A stretch of DNA of 64,000 nucleotides, taken from contig JAPLAE010000097.1 in the NCBI GenBank assembly GCA_026393455.1, forward strand, positions 9,458-73,457. The letters are read 5' to 3'. The stretch comes from Actinomycetota bacterium (GTDB lineage Bacteria; Actinomycetota; Acidimicrobiia; Acidimicrobiales; Acidimicrobilacustridaceae). The position numbers were made by a program, and so were the translations under genes. Below are positions 22,213-32,800 of this stretch, piece after piece (within the stretch, counting starts at the first letter, position 1; each line of letters begins with the position of its first letter). The notes under the pieces were generated by a model, which saw only the letters and a list, made by a program, of their open reading frames with translations, was not told the origin of the DNA and did no database searches.

Positions 22213-23483
22213 CAGAACACCCCTCGGGCCTTGGCATCAGCGACTGCCTTGTTGAAATCGGACTGGTTGTTGGTGAAGTAATGATGGCCGTCTTTGTCGG
22301 TGAGCACGTAGAACAGCCAATCACCTGGAGTCGGGTTAAGCGCAGCGTTTATTGATTTCTGTCCCGGCGAATTGATCGGCGCTGGCGGCAGTCCCTTCTT
22401 CAACCGCGTGTTGTACGGCGAATCGGTCTTGAGGTCGGAATCGGTCAGCGTCGCTTTGCGCTTTTGAATGGCATACAACACCGAAGCATCGATCCCTAGG
22501 GTGTCGCCCCGAGCGAGTCGGTTGTAAATCACGCGTGCAATCTTGGCGCGGTCTTCATCGATCTTTGCTTCCGATTCCACGAGCGACGCAACAATGAGTG
22601 CTTCATAGGGCGAGATCGCCTTCGTTCCCGCAACACCTTTAAGTTTTGCCGTGGCGTTAGGCAGCCCTTCACTTTGAGAAATTCGATCAAACGAAACCAT
22701 CATCTGATCGACCAGTTTCTGCGCATTGCCAACATCTTCTTGCGCTATTTCATAGGTGGCCGGGTACAAGAATCCTTCAATATTTCCCGAACCTGCTGGC
22801 TGAAGCGAAGGATGAGTGTTCGCGAGCGCGGCATCGAGCGCGGCTGGATCCATTGTTGGAAACTTCTCAAGCACAAGTTTTTTGAATTCGGAAACCCATA
22901 GACCTTCACGAACGAGAAACAGGATGGTCTTCGGCGGTGCTGGACCAGCCTTCAGGATGTCGACAACATCACCCATGGAACTATTAACTCGTAAACCGTC
23001 GTAGTCGCCGGCCTGAAATGGATCGCCGCCTTTCCATTTCACGTACCACTCGAACACCGATGCACTCGAAATCACGTTTTTTTCTGCCAACGCGGTAGCG
23101 ATTTGCGATGTCGTTGCACCCCTCGGAACAGTAAATGCGACATCCTCACCCTGGCTTCCGGGATTTATCTTGCCCTGCACCCAAAAGCCCGCAGCACCGA
23201 TAAGCAGCGCAATGACTAGGAGCGGCACACCAATCAGTAACGCCCAGCGACCGCCACGGCCACCCCCACGCACCGAGACGTAGTCACCAGAATCGCCATC
23301 ACCTCCATCGCCGGACATCGCCTGATCATCGGTCGCGTCCACTTCGAACTCGGGCGACTGAGATGGCACCGGTTGTGTGGGCGGTGGCGGCAAAGGTAAA
23401 GGCGTAGGAGGCGGAGGCGGAGGCGGCGGAGGCGGCGCGGCCTCAAGCCCAAAGAGTTCGAACGGATCTGGTTGTTCGGGCAC
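22212..23483 (-). CDS. mltG: Endolytic transglycosylase MltG with Pro-rich cytoplasmic extension
   Basis: Single TM, EGFLYPATY, IVASLVESE, IARVIYNRL, SPYNT, GLPPAPINSPG, WLFYV. Confidence 0.93.
   Translation of the reverse strand: MPEQPDPFELFGLEAAPPPPPPPPPPTPLPLPPPPTQPVPSQSPEFEVDATDDQAMSGDGGDGDSGDYVSVRGGGRGGRWALLIGVPLLVIALLIGAAGFWVQGKINPGSQGEDVAFTVPRGATTSQIATALAEKNVISSASVFEWYVKWKGGDPFQAGDYDGLRVNSSMGDVVDILKAGPAPPKTILFLVREGLWVSEFKKLVLEKFPTMDPAALDAALANTHPSLQPAGSGNIEGFLYPATYEIAQEDVGNAQKLVDQMMVSFDRISQSEGLPNATAKLKGVAGTKAISPYEALIVASLVESEAKIDEDRAKIARVIYNRLARGDTLGIDASVLYAIQKRKATLTDSDLKTDSPYNTRLKKGLPPAPINSPGQKSINAALNPTPGDWLFYVLTDKDGHHYFTNNQSDFNKAVADAKARGVF
23406..23435 (-). repeat. Ten consecutive Pro codons (CCG/CCT) in mltG
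   Basis: Read directly: GGAGGC-type tandem array on the plus strand. Confidence 0.9.
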
Positions 23484-23504
23484 GTGTCGCTCTGTGGTTC
23501 TCGA

Positions 23505-23927
23505 TCAGGAATCGGTCTGGTGGGCGAGGCCATCGAGCCACGCTTGAAGCATCACCGCGGCAGCGACCTGGTCGACCATTCGGCGCTGGGAGCGTCCCGG
23601 CACCGCACCCTCCTGCAGCAGTCGGGTGGCCGTCACCGTGGTGAGTCGCTCATCGTAGGGAACCACCGGGATCGATGTCGCCGCGACGAGTTCGGCGATC
23701 TCCGACCGAACCAGCAACGCCGCTGGACCTTCGCTCCCATCAAGGGAAAGCGGGAGTCCGACCACGAGTGTGTCGACCTCCCATTCCGCCGCGATAGCAA
23801 GCAAATTGCGGTGATCAGTGTCGTGATCGGCAGAGCGCTGCACTGTTTCTATTGGCGAGGCCACCGAACCCGAGGAGACCGCCACACCAATTCGGCGCTC
23901 GCCAAGATCGATTCCGAGTGCTCGCAC
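23505..23927 (-). CDS. ruvX: RuvX/YqgF nuclease
   Basis: LGIDLGERRIGVA, VVGLP, DERLTT, VDQVAAAVMLQ. Confidence 0.95.
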   Translation of the reverse strand: MRALGIDLGERRIGVAVSSGSVASPIETVQRSADHDTDHRNLLAIAAEWEVDTLVVGLPLSLDGSEGPAALLVRSEIAELVAATSIPVVPYDERLTTVTATRLLQEGAVPGRSQRRMVDQVAAAVMLQAWLDGLAHQTDS

Positions 23928-26500
23928 TAGGAACGTACCGCCGCCCGGACCAGATCGAGGGCTTCGTCCAGCGCTTCGGGGTCTTTGCCACCAGCAACCG
24001 CGAAGTCGGCGCTCTTACCGCCGCCGCCTTTCACTTTCTTCGCCGCATCAGCAATGAGCTCTGAAGCATTGAGACCAGAATCGGCGGCAACTGCGGCAAC
24101 GATTGTGACGCCGCCACCTTCGGGTGCAGTCCCGAGCACAACGGCCTTGATGCCCGCACGATCGCGAATGGCAACAGCAAGATCGCGAACGCCGTCACGG
24201 TCGAGCCCGTCGACACGCTCAATAACAATGCCGTCGACAGCGAGATCGGCGAGTTCACCCGATCGTCCGGCAGCCGCCTGGCGCTCGAGATCGCGGATGC
24301 GCATACGGAGTTCTTTCACTTCGGCAACGCGACGCTCGACGGCGTCGACAAGTTCGTCGGTGGCTACACCCATGGCATCGGCAGCGGCTTTGATTCGACG
24401 CTCGTCTTCGCGCAGGCGTTCAATGGGGCCAGTACCCGAAACTGCTTCGATCCGGCGAATGTTCGAACCAATAGAAGCCTCGCTAATGATCTTCACCGGA
24501 CCAATATCGCCAAGCGCTTTTACGTGGGTGCCTCCGCACAACTCGGTTGAGTGCGGTCCAGCTTCGAGAACCTTCACAACGTCGCCGTATTTGTCCCCAA
24601 AGAATGCAATCGCACCGCTCGCTTCGGCTTTGTCTTTCGTGGTTTCATAATGGCGGGCAGGAGAGTTTTCCAAGATGTCGGCAGCGACAAGATCTTCAAT
24701 CGCGATGATTTCGTCCTCGCTCAGAGCGTCGTAGTGAGAGAAGTCGAAACGAAGACGATCGGGCCCGACAAGTGAACCTTGCTGCTTCACGTGATCGCCA
24801 AGTGTTTCGCGCAACGCCCAATGAAGTAGGTGCGTTGCGGTGTGATTGCGCTTGATCGCATCGCGGCGTTCGCCATCAATCACTGCATTGGCGGTTTGAC
24901 CGACTTCGATGTCGCCTTCGAGAACCTCGAAACGGTGTCGCACAACACCAGGTGCTCCGTAGACCGTTTCAACAATGCGGGCCCGACCAGTCGGTGAGGT
25001 GATGACGCCGATGTCGCCCACCTGACCGCCTGATTCGGCGTAGAAGGGTGTCTGGTTAAGAACGATTGAATCCTCGGTAACGGCAAGAACCGTTGCATCG
25101 ACGGCATAGGAATCATCGCCAAGAAACAGCGTTGAGCCTTGCTCGGCTGAGATGGCAGCGAAGACTTCGACTCCGCCAGCACCGCCGCCCTTTCGAGCGT
25201 CCTTGGCTCGTCGACGTTGCTCTGCCATTTCTGTAGCAAAACCGTCTTCGTCGACATCGTGACCGCGTTCAAGAGCAATTTCACGAGTCAATTCAAGGGG
25301 AAATCCGTGCGTGTCATGCAGAAGGAAGGCGACCGAACCGCCGATAGTTGCGCCTGGACCAAGTCGATCGAGTTCTGTGTCGAGCAACGCAGTGCCGGAT
25401 TTCAGTGTGGCGCGGAATCGTTCCTCTTCACGCGCAACCACAGTGCGCACAAAGTCTTGCTGCTTGACGAGATCGGGATACGCCTCACCCATAACTTCGA
25501 CAGTTGTGTCGACAAGGGTCGGTGTCACAAGGTCGGCGACATCGAGCAGATAGGCCTCGCGCACAGCGCGACGAATGATGCGACGAAGCACATAGCCGCG
25601 TCCTTCGTTCGAAGGAAAGACTCCGTCACTCACGAGGAAGCTCATGGTGCGCGCATGCTCGGCGAGGATACGCAGCGAGATGTCGGAACGCTCCCCTGCC
25701 CCCAGACGAGTATTGGTGATGCGCTGTGCGGTTTCCACCAGTGGCGCGAGCACGTCGGTTTCAAAAACCGAATCGACACCCTGCAGTACACCAAGAATGC
25801 GTTCGAGGCCGGCGCCGGTATCGATGTTCTTTTTTGGCAGCTCGGTGTCGTGACCATCGGTGTCACGCGCAAACTGCATGAAGACGAGATTCCAAATTTC
25901 AAGGAAGCGTTCGTCGCTACCTGAGGCCGGGCCGCCATCGGGGCCATAGGCCGAACCCTTGTCGACATAAATCTCCGAACAAGGCCCGCAAGGACCGGGA
26001 GGCCCGCCAGGTGGGCCCCACCAATTGTCGGCGTCGAGGAACTGGATGCGGTCGGGATTCACACCAACTTCGTCACGCCAAATATCGGCAGCTTCTTGAT
26101 CGCTCAGATGGCAAGTGACCCAGAGCAGTTCGGGATCGATACCAAAGAGATTGGTGACCATGTCCCAGGCCATAGGGATGGCTTCATGCTTGAAGTAGTC
26201 ACCGAACGAGAAGTTGCCGAGCATTTCGAAAAACGAAAGATGCCGGGCATCGCGCCCGACCTCTTCAAGATCGGAATCCTTGCCGCCAGCGCGAACACAC
26301 TTCTGAACTGTGGTGGCCCGACTGAACGGTGGTTGTTGTTCGCCGAGGAAGTAGGGCTTGAAGGGCACCATTCCAGCGACGGTGAAGAGAAGATCAGGAT
26401 CGTGAGGAATGAGGCTCGCCGAGGGAACAATCGTGTGGCCTCGGGCCTCGAAGAACGAGGTGAATGCTCGGCGCAACTCGTTCGCGGTCATCGGGTTCAT
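23927..26500 (-). CDS. alaS: Alanine--tRNA ligase
   Basis: LLFTVAGMVPFK, FEMLGNFSFGDYFK, IDTGAGLER, editing motifs HTATH and ELCGGTH, GGG C-Ala domain. Confidence 0.98.
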   Translation of the reverse strand: MNPMTANELRRAFTSFFEARGHTIVPSASLIPHDPDLLFTVAGMVPFKPYFLGEQQPPFSRATTVQKCVRAGGKDSDLEEVGRDARHLSFFEMLGNFSFGDYFKHEAIPMAWDMVTNLFGIDPELLWVTCHLSDQEAADIWRDEVGVNPDRIQFLDADNWWGPPGGPPGPCGPCSEIYVDKGSAYGPDGGPASGSDERFLEIWNLVFMQFARDTDGHDTELPKKNIDTGAGLERILGVLQGVDSVFETDVLAPLVETAQRITNTRLGAGERSDISLRILAEHARTMSFLVSDGVFPSNEGRGYVLRRIIRRAVREAYLLDVADLVTPTLVDTTVEVMGEAYPDLVKQQDFVRTVVAREEERFRATLKSGTALLDTELDRLGPGATIGGSVAFLLHDTHGFPLELTREIALERGHDVDEDGFATEMAEQRRRAKDARKGGGAGGVEVFAAISAEQGSTLFLGDDSYAVDATVLAVTEDSIVLNQTPFYAESGGQVGDIGVITSPTGRARIVETVYGAPGVVRHRFEVLEGDIEVGQTANAVIDGERRDAIKRNHTATHLLHWALRETLGDHVKQQGSLVGPDRLRFDFSHYDALSEDEIIAIEDLVAADILENSPARHYETTKDKAEASGAIAFFGDKYGDVVKVLEAGPHSTELCGGTHVKALGDIGPVKIISEASIGSNIRRIEAVSGTGPIERLREDERRIKAAADAMGVATDELVDAVERRVAEVKELRMRIRDLERQAAAGRSGELADLAVDGIVIERVDGLDRDGVRDLAVAIRDRAGIKAVVLGTAPEGGGVTIVAAVAADSGLNASELIADAAKKVKGGGGKSADFAVAGGKDPEALDEALDLVRAAVRS

Positions 26501-26540
26501 GATGAGATCAGCCTAATGACTGTGCGCAGCAACCTTCGAT

Positions 26541-26813
26541 TCAACTCTGCAGCGCGTCGGGCCCATCGAGACCACCATCAGGTTCCCGCTGCGCTGCTGC
26601 GCCATTGTCGTAAACCACTGGCCCGATAATATGGAAACCTTCGCCGTCTTCAATAATTCGAGGCTCCGCTGTTCGGGGAGCCGACGGCAACAGCGTGCCC
26701 GAGTCGATCGCCATCCGTTGGATCGGCTTCGCGCCGCGACGCTTTGACAGCGCCAATTCAATTGCGACTCCCACGATGAGTCCTACAACGATGACGAGAA
26801 CCGCGATGGCCAT
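26541..26813 (-). CDS. Small single-pass membrane protein, hypothetical (90 aa)
   Basis: N-terminal hydrophobic helix followed by KRR; TACAAT -10 lies 5 nt upstream of the ATG; fills the gap between the giant gene and alaS. Confidence 0.65.
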   Translation of the reverse strand: MAIAVLVIVVGLIVGVAIELALSKRRGAKPIQRMAIDSGTLLPSAPRTAEPRIIEDGEGFHIIGPVVYDNGAAAQREPDGGLDGPDALQS

Positions 26814-26818
26814 GACAC

Positions 26819-26824
26819 ATTGTA
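26819..26824 (-). promoter_or_regulatory. -10 element (TACAAT) with AT-rich upstream DNA
   Basis: GGT-TACAAT-GTGTC-ATG. Confidence 0.6.
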
Positions 26825-26852
26825 ACCATTCTGAATAATTTATGTTTGTTAT

Positions 26853-26869
26853 CTGCTTTGACGAAGCAG
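26853..26869. terminator. Short hairpin downstream of the giant gene
   Basis: CTGCTT-N5-AAGCAG about 20 nt after the stop codon. Confidence 0.35.
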
Positions 26870-26888
26870 GTCACATCGAACCCAGGTC

Positions 26889-29800
26889 CTAGTCGCCGAG
26901 AACTGGCTCCAGTTCAGGACTCGCCAGACTCCCCTGCTCCCGGCGCCGAGCGAGAATACCCGCCCCAGCGCCAAGGAGAAGAAGGATCAGACCGAGCGCC
27001 ACAAAGGCCACGACGTCGTTTGAGCCCGTGTAGGGCAGTAACGATCCTGGCGTCGCAACCGGCGTTGTCCCGAGAGATGTGTCCGGTGCTTCCGGAACCG
27101 CAGTGCCCTGAGGAGTAACCGGGGCCGAGATCGAAGGTGCCGCTGAACCAGCCGCGTTCGATGCCGTCACTCGATAAAGAACCGCAACCCCATTTTCCAA
27201 TGGAGCGTCTGTCAAAGATATTCCCGAAGTTGTCGCGACGGTCTGCCAGGTGAGTCCACCATCGAGTGAGCGCTCAACCAAATAGGAGACGGGACTGCCA
27301 CCGTCGCTTACCGATGGTTCCCACGCAAGCGATGCCGAACCATTACCAGGTGTCGCCACGGGAGAGACCGCAGGACTTGGCGACGATGATGCAACCGCAG
27401 CAACCTCTGCCCACGGACTATCTCCTACGACGGTGTAGGACTGAACTCGGAACCAGTAGCGCGTTCCGGTCTGCAAGCCAGTCACGGTGAGTGCTGTTGT
27501 ATCCGCAAGACCTGATCCCATCGGTGACAACACTCCGGCAACTACATAGTTCGTACCGAGCGAGGTCACCATGGTCAAACTATCGATTCCAAGAGCATTC
27601 ATTTTGTTCGATGACACCGATATCGAACGACTCGCCGGAGCAATAGTGAAGACGTCGGGACCGAGTTGGATCGTGTCGGTCCACGTGGATCCGTTCAACG
27701 ATTGCTCGAGTCGGTAACCCACGATCGCAGCACCCCCGTCGTCAACTGGTGGAGTCCATTGAACTGTGATCTGACCCGGAGCACTTTGCGTACTTAAAGC
27801 TGCGGGGACAGTGGGTGGCGCAACTGGAGCTGCAGTCACCCACACGCTTGCTGCTCCGACACCTGCGGCGTTGACGGCCCGCGCACGGAAGACATAGGCG
27901 ATGCCGTTTACGAGACCTGCCACCATCGCCGATGGCGACATCGACGTAGCTCCGGTTTGCCAGGTGCGACCGCCGTCACGAGAAATCTCGACCACATAAC
28001 TCGTGATATTTGCTCCACCGCTCGAAGCCGGAACAGTCCATGTCAATGCAACCTGCCCATTACCAGACAGCGCTGCGAGACCAGTAGGAGCCGACGACGT
28101 CGTTACCGGAGTCGCTGAAGACGTGGACGTCGCTGACGCACCTGTGCCGATCGCATTTGTCGCTGTTACGCGGAATCGATAGGGAGTTCCGTTCGTGAGC
28201 CCAACAACGAGATAGTTCCGAACACTGACCGAAGATGCAGCGATCGTCCATGTCGATCCTCCATCAGGAGAAATCTCGACACGGTAGGAATCGCTGGCCG
28301 GAGCCGACCAAGACAACGCAACCTGTGCGTCACCCGACACCATGACCAGCGAGGTTGGCGCTGTCGGTGTCGCAGCAGGCGTTGCCGTCACCGGGGAGCT
28401 CGCCGCACCGCTTCCTGCCGCATTCACGGCAACAACACGGAATGCGTATGCGGTTCCATTTGTCAGACCAGTCAGCAATGCACCCGTTGTCGCTGTCGTT
28501 GTGGCCGTGGACCACGTGACGCCACCATCGGTGGATCGTTCGACGACATAAGAGGTGACCACAGCGCCACCATCAGAGGTTGGAACGGCCCAGACAAGGG
28601 CAGCAGTTCCATCTGACGCAACGGCGCTCAGGTTGACGGGAGCGGTCGGCGGAGTGCGAGGAGCAATCGCTCCCGAGAGTGAAACCGTCGAACCAGTACC
28701 AGCACCATTTCGTGCAGAGATCCGGAACCGATAGGTCGCTCCGTTCGCCAAACCGGAAACAACAGCCGAACGATCAGCCGTTGTGAGAACGATTTGCCAC
28801 GTTGACCCATTGTCCGTCGACTGTTCGATGAGGTAACTCGTGACTGTCAACCCACCATCGGTTGCCGGAGCGGCCCACACGATGGTGACGGAACCATCTC
28901 CTGCTGTAGCAACCGGATTCAGCGGTGCACCCGGAACCGTTGCCGGGGTTACTGATGTTGCCGAACTCGCGACTCCTTGACCAGCAGCGTTCACAGCGCG
29001 AACACGGAAGGCGTACGTGGCGCCGTTTGCGAGACCCGACGCAACTACCGATGTGCTTGCAGTTGTTCCGACACTTGCCCACGTGAACCCGCCGTCATTG
29101 GAGCGTTCAACCACGTAACCGGTGATTGAGGAACCACCATCGGTGACCGGAGCGGTCCACGCAATCGTTGCGGAACCGTTTCCAAGCGTCGCACTCAAAC
29201 TTGTCGGCGCGCCAGGAATCGAACGCGGTGTCACCGAAAGTGTCGCTGCAGATAATCCGGCTCCAGCGTTATTGAGAGCCGTGATGCGGAACTGCTCTGC
29301 CACTCCATTTGTCAGTCCGGACACCTGAAAGCTCGTACCGGTCACTGATGGAGAAACAACCGTCCAACCGCTGACTCCGAGTGACCGTTCGATGCGATAT
29401 CCAGTGACTGGACTTCCGCCGTCAGTCGATGGTGCAGCCCATGTGAGTAGCACCGTTCTGTCACCGGCGGTGGCGATCGGGCTTACCGGTTGTCCTGGCA
29501 CTGTCAATGGAGTTGCCATCGCAACCGATGACGAGGCTCCAAAACCTGAAAGGTTCGCAGCACGAACACGGAAGACGTAAACGTTTCCATTCGCCAAACC
29601 ATTCACCGTTGTCGTAAGTCCATTCACGGAGGGGAGCGGCGTCCACGATGCACCGCCGTCGAGCGAACGCTCCACGGTGTAACTCGTGATGGGGCTTCCC
29701 CCGTTGCTGACAGGAACAGTCCATGTCAATGTCACCGATCCGTCACCGACAGAGACACCTAACGATGCTGGAGCGCCCGGGACGGTACGAGGCGTCGCTG

Positions 29801-32800
29801 AAACGACGCCGCTTGCCGCACCTGTGCCGGCGGCATTGATAGCACTCACACGGAATGCGACCGCGGCGCCATTCGAAAGCCCTGGAACAAGCGCACTCGT
29901 GACTGCACTGCCGCTATTCGCGGTCACCGTCGTCCACGTGACGCCATTATCAGTCGAACTTTCAACGCGGTATCCGATGATCTGCGTTCCACCAGACGAA
30001 ACAGGAGCAGTCCAAGCAAGAGAAACCTGAGCATCGCCCGGCGTTGCGACAACTGCTGACGGAACGCTTGGCAGTGCGCCAAAGTTCGGCGTCGCGCTTG
30101 ACGACGTTGATGTGCCGCTACCAGCACCGCTGCGAGCGCTGACACGAATCGAAACTGGAGTTCCGTTCGTGAGGCCGCCCACTATCGCGCTGAGCGCAAG
30201 CGAACCAGAGCTCACCGCAGTCCAGGTGGTTCCATTCAGCGACTTCTCGACGATGTACTCGACGATCGGCAACCCACCGGATGAAACAGGAGGTGTCCAT
30301 GTCGCGACAACCTGACCATTACCAGCCGTCAACGCGAGATTGGTCGGGGCACCGGGAACAGATGCGGGAGTAGCAGGAACAAAGGAACTCGGAAGTCCGG
30401 TTCCAGCCGCATTGGTGGCGCGAACTCGGAACGCGTAGGGGATGCCGTTCACAAGACCAGCGATCGTCACTGTTGTTGTCACGCTTGTGGTACCAACAGA
30501 CCAGGTCGCTCCGCCATCAGCAGACGACTCAACGATGTAACCAGTCACTGCGGCGCCGCCATTTTGCGCAGGCGCAGACCACGACAGTTGCACCTGAGCA
30601 TCGCCGGCTACTGCCACTGGAGTGCCAGGGCGATTAGGAACCGCAGAAGGCGTCGCCGTCGCGATTCCACTTGTCGATCCGACACCGGCGAACGTGATTG
30701 CACTGACGCGCATATTATAGACGGTTCCATTCGTCAGGCCGCCGATGACCGCGCCGGTTGCGGGTCCGGCAGTCTCAACGGCAACGACCCACGTCGATCC
30801 ATTCGTCGAAGTTTCAATGCGGTAACCGCTAATGGCCGCTCCCCCATTCGCCACAGGAGCTGTCCACGTAAGTGACAGTTGCTGATCTGCCGACAGGGCG
30901 ACAAGGTTCGATGGGGCCGAAGCCAAGCCTCGGGGTTGCACAACAACCGGCACCGAAGTGATTCCGACCGTTCCAGCGGAGATCGCAGCTATGCGGAATG
31001 CATAGGCCGTTCCATTCGTGAGACCAGTGATCGTCACGGATGTTGCCGAGCTGCCGGTGTTGGAGCGCGAAATCGTCCACGTCGCACCACCATCGATCGA
31101 AACTTCAATCTGGTAGCCGTCGATCGGTGCTCCACCCGATCCCAACGGTGCAGTCCAACCAAGCGTGACCTGGCCATCACCAGGTGTAGCCGCCGGATTC
31201 GTCGGTGCACGATCAGAGCCAGTCGGAGGACCGAGAGGAAGTGCGATCGCGATATTTGATGGGACGGAACTGATGCCCGCAACGTTGATCGAACGAACTC
31301 GGAAACGAACTTCCGTTCCATTTGTGAGCCCAGTGATGCTTGTCATCAGAGCGGGATTCCCCGTATTCGGGATCGCCGTTGTCCAAGTGACGCCACCGTT
31401 GAGTGTTTGTTCAACTGCGTAACCAGTAATTGGTGCACCACCGATGACCACCGGCGCCGTCCATGCCAATACAACAGCAGCATCAAGTCCAACCGCGGTT
31501 AGTGCAGTAGGTGCATCTGGCGCTCGCATCGGCAGAACCGAAACCGGAGCATCTGACATTCCTATGCCAGCAGCATTCACCGCAGAGACTCGGAACGACA
31601 CAGGTACACCGTTCGTGAGACCTGTGACAACGGTTGAGGTCCCGGTGATTGTCGCAACCGTGGCCCACGCCCCACCCGAAACCGACTTCTCAACTCGGTA
31701 ACCAACAATTGTCGAGCCACCGTTCGAGACTGGAACAATCCAAGCCAACGAGGCCTGACCGTCTGCTGCAATTGCTGTGAGAGCTGTCGGTGTGCCCGGC
31801 GCACCAACAGGAACAGCAGAGACAGGATTTGCGGCGTTGGTATCAATCGCATTCACAGCGCTGACTCGGAAGACGTACGTTGATCCGTTCGTCAGTCCGT
31901 TCACTGTCGCCGAAAGCCCGATAACTCCTGTAGATGCAGTGGTCCAGGAGAGCACCGATGTGAGTCGGTACTCGATGATGTAACCGGTCAACGCAGAGCC
32001 ACCGTTCGACGCGGGGGCAACCCACGACAACAGAACTTGAGTGTCACCACCCAGAGCAGTGACAGCAGTCGGAGCACCTGGTCGTGAAGCAGGGACTGTC
32101 ACGACGGGAGCAGAAGCTGCACCCGCACCGACAGCGTTTACGGCAGAAACTCGGAACCAGTAAGCGGACCCATTCGTGAGACCCGAGATCGTCGTGCTTG
32201 TTCCAACAATTCCTGAAGCAACCATGATCCAGTTCAGCCCATCAAGCGAGCGTTCGATGTTGTACGCCGTAATTGCCGATCCACCATCTGTGGCGGGAGC
32301 GTTCCACGTCAGCAATGCAGCTCCATCACCAGGAAGCGGCATGATCGCCAGCACCGTGCCCGGAATCGTCGCGGGCATTGACGACGCCGTTGCGGACGCA
32401 GCGCCTACGCCGACGGCATTGAGAGCCGAAACCCGGACGACATAGTTCATGCCGTTCGTCAGGCCGCCAATCACTGCAGCCGTGACTGACGTGCCCGAGT
32501 TGGCAATAGCCGGCGTCCACGTCGAGCCACCGTTTGATGACAACTCGATCCGGTATCCCATGATCGGCGAACCACCAGTGTTCGTCGGCGCCGACCATGT
32601 CAGAGATATCGCTCCATCGCTTGGCGTTGCCGCCAAAGCGCTGGGTGCCCCAGGAACTGCAGCTGGTGTCGCAGAGGTCGAACTGGAGACAGCCCCGACT
32701 CCACCCGCATTTCGGGCTGAAACACGGAATACGTAAGCCGTTCCATTGGTGAGACCGGTCATCGAACGAGAAGTTGAGATCGACGCCGAATCAGAGACAA

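Noticed and set aside
26513-26761. 82-aa alternative-frame ORF overlapping the orphan gene
   Set aside because: The 90-aa frame has the TM segment and a correctly spaced promoter; this frame has neither
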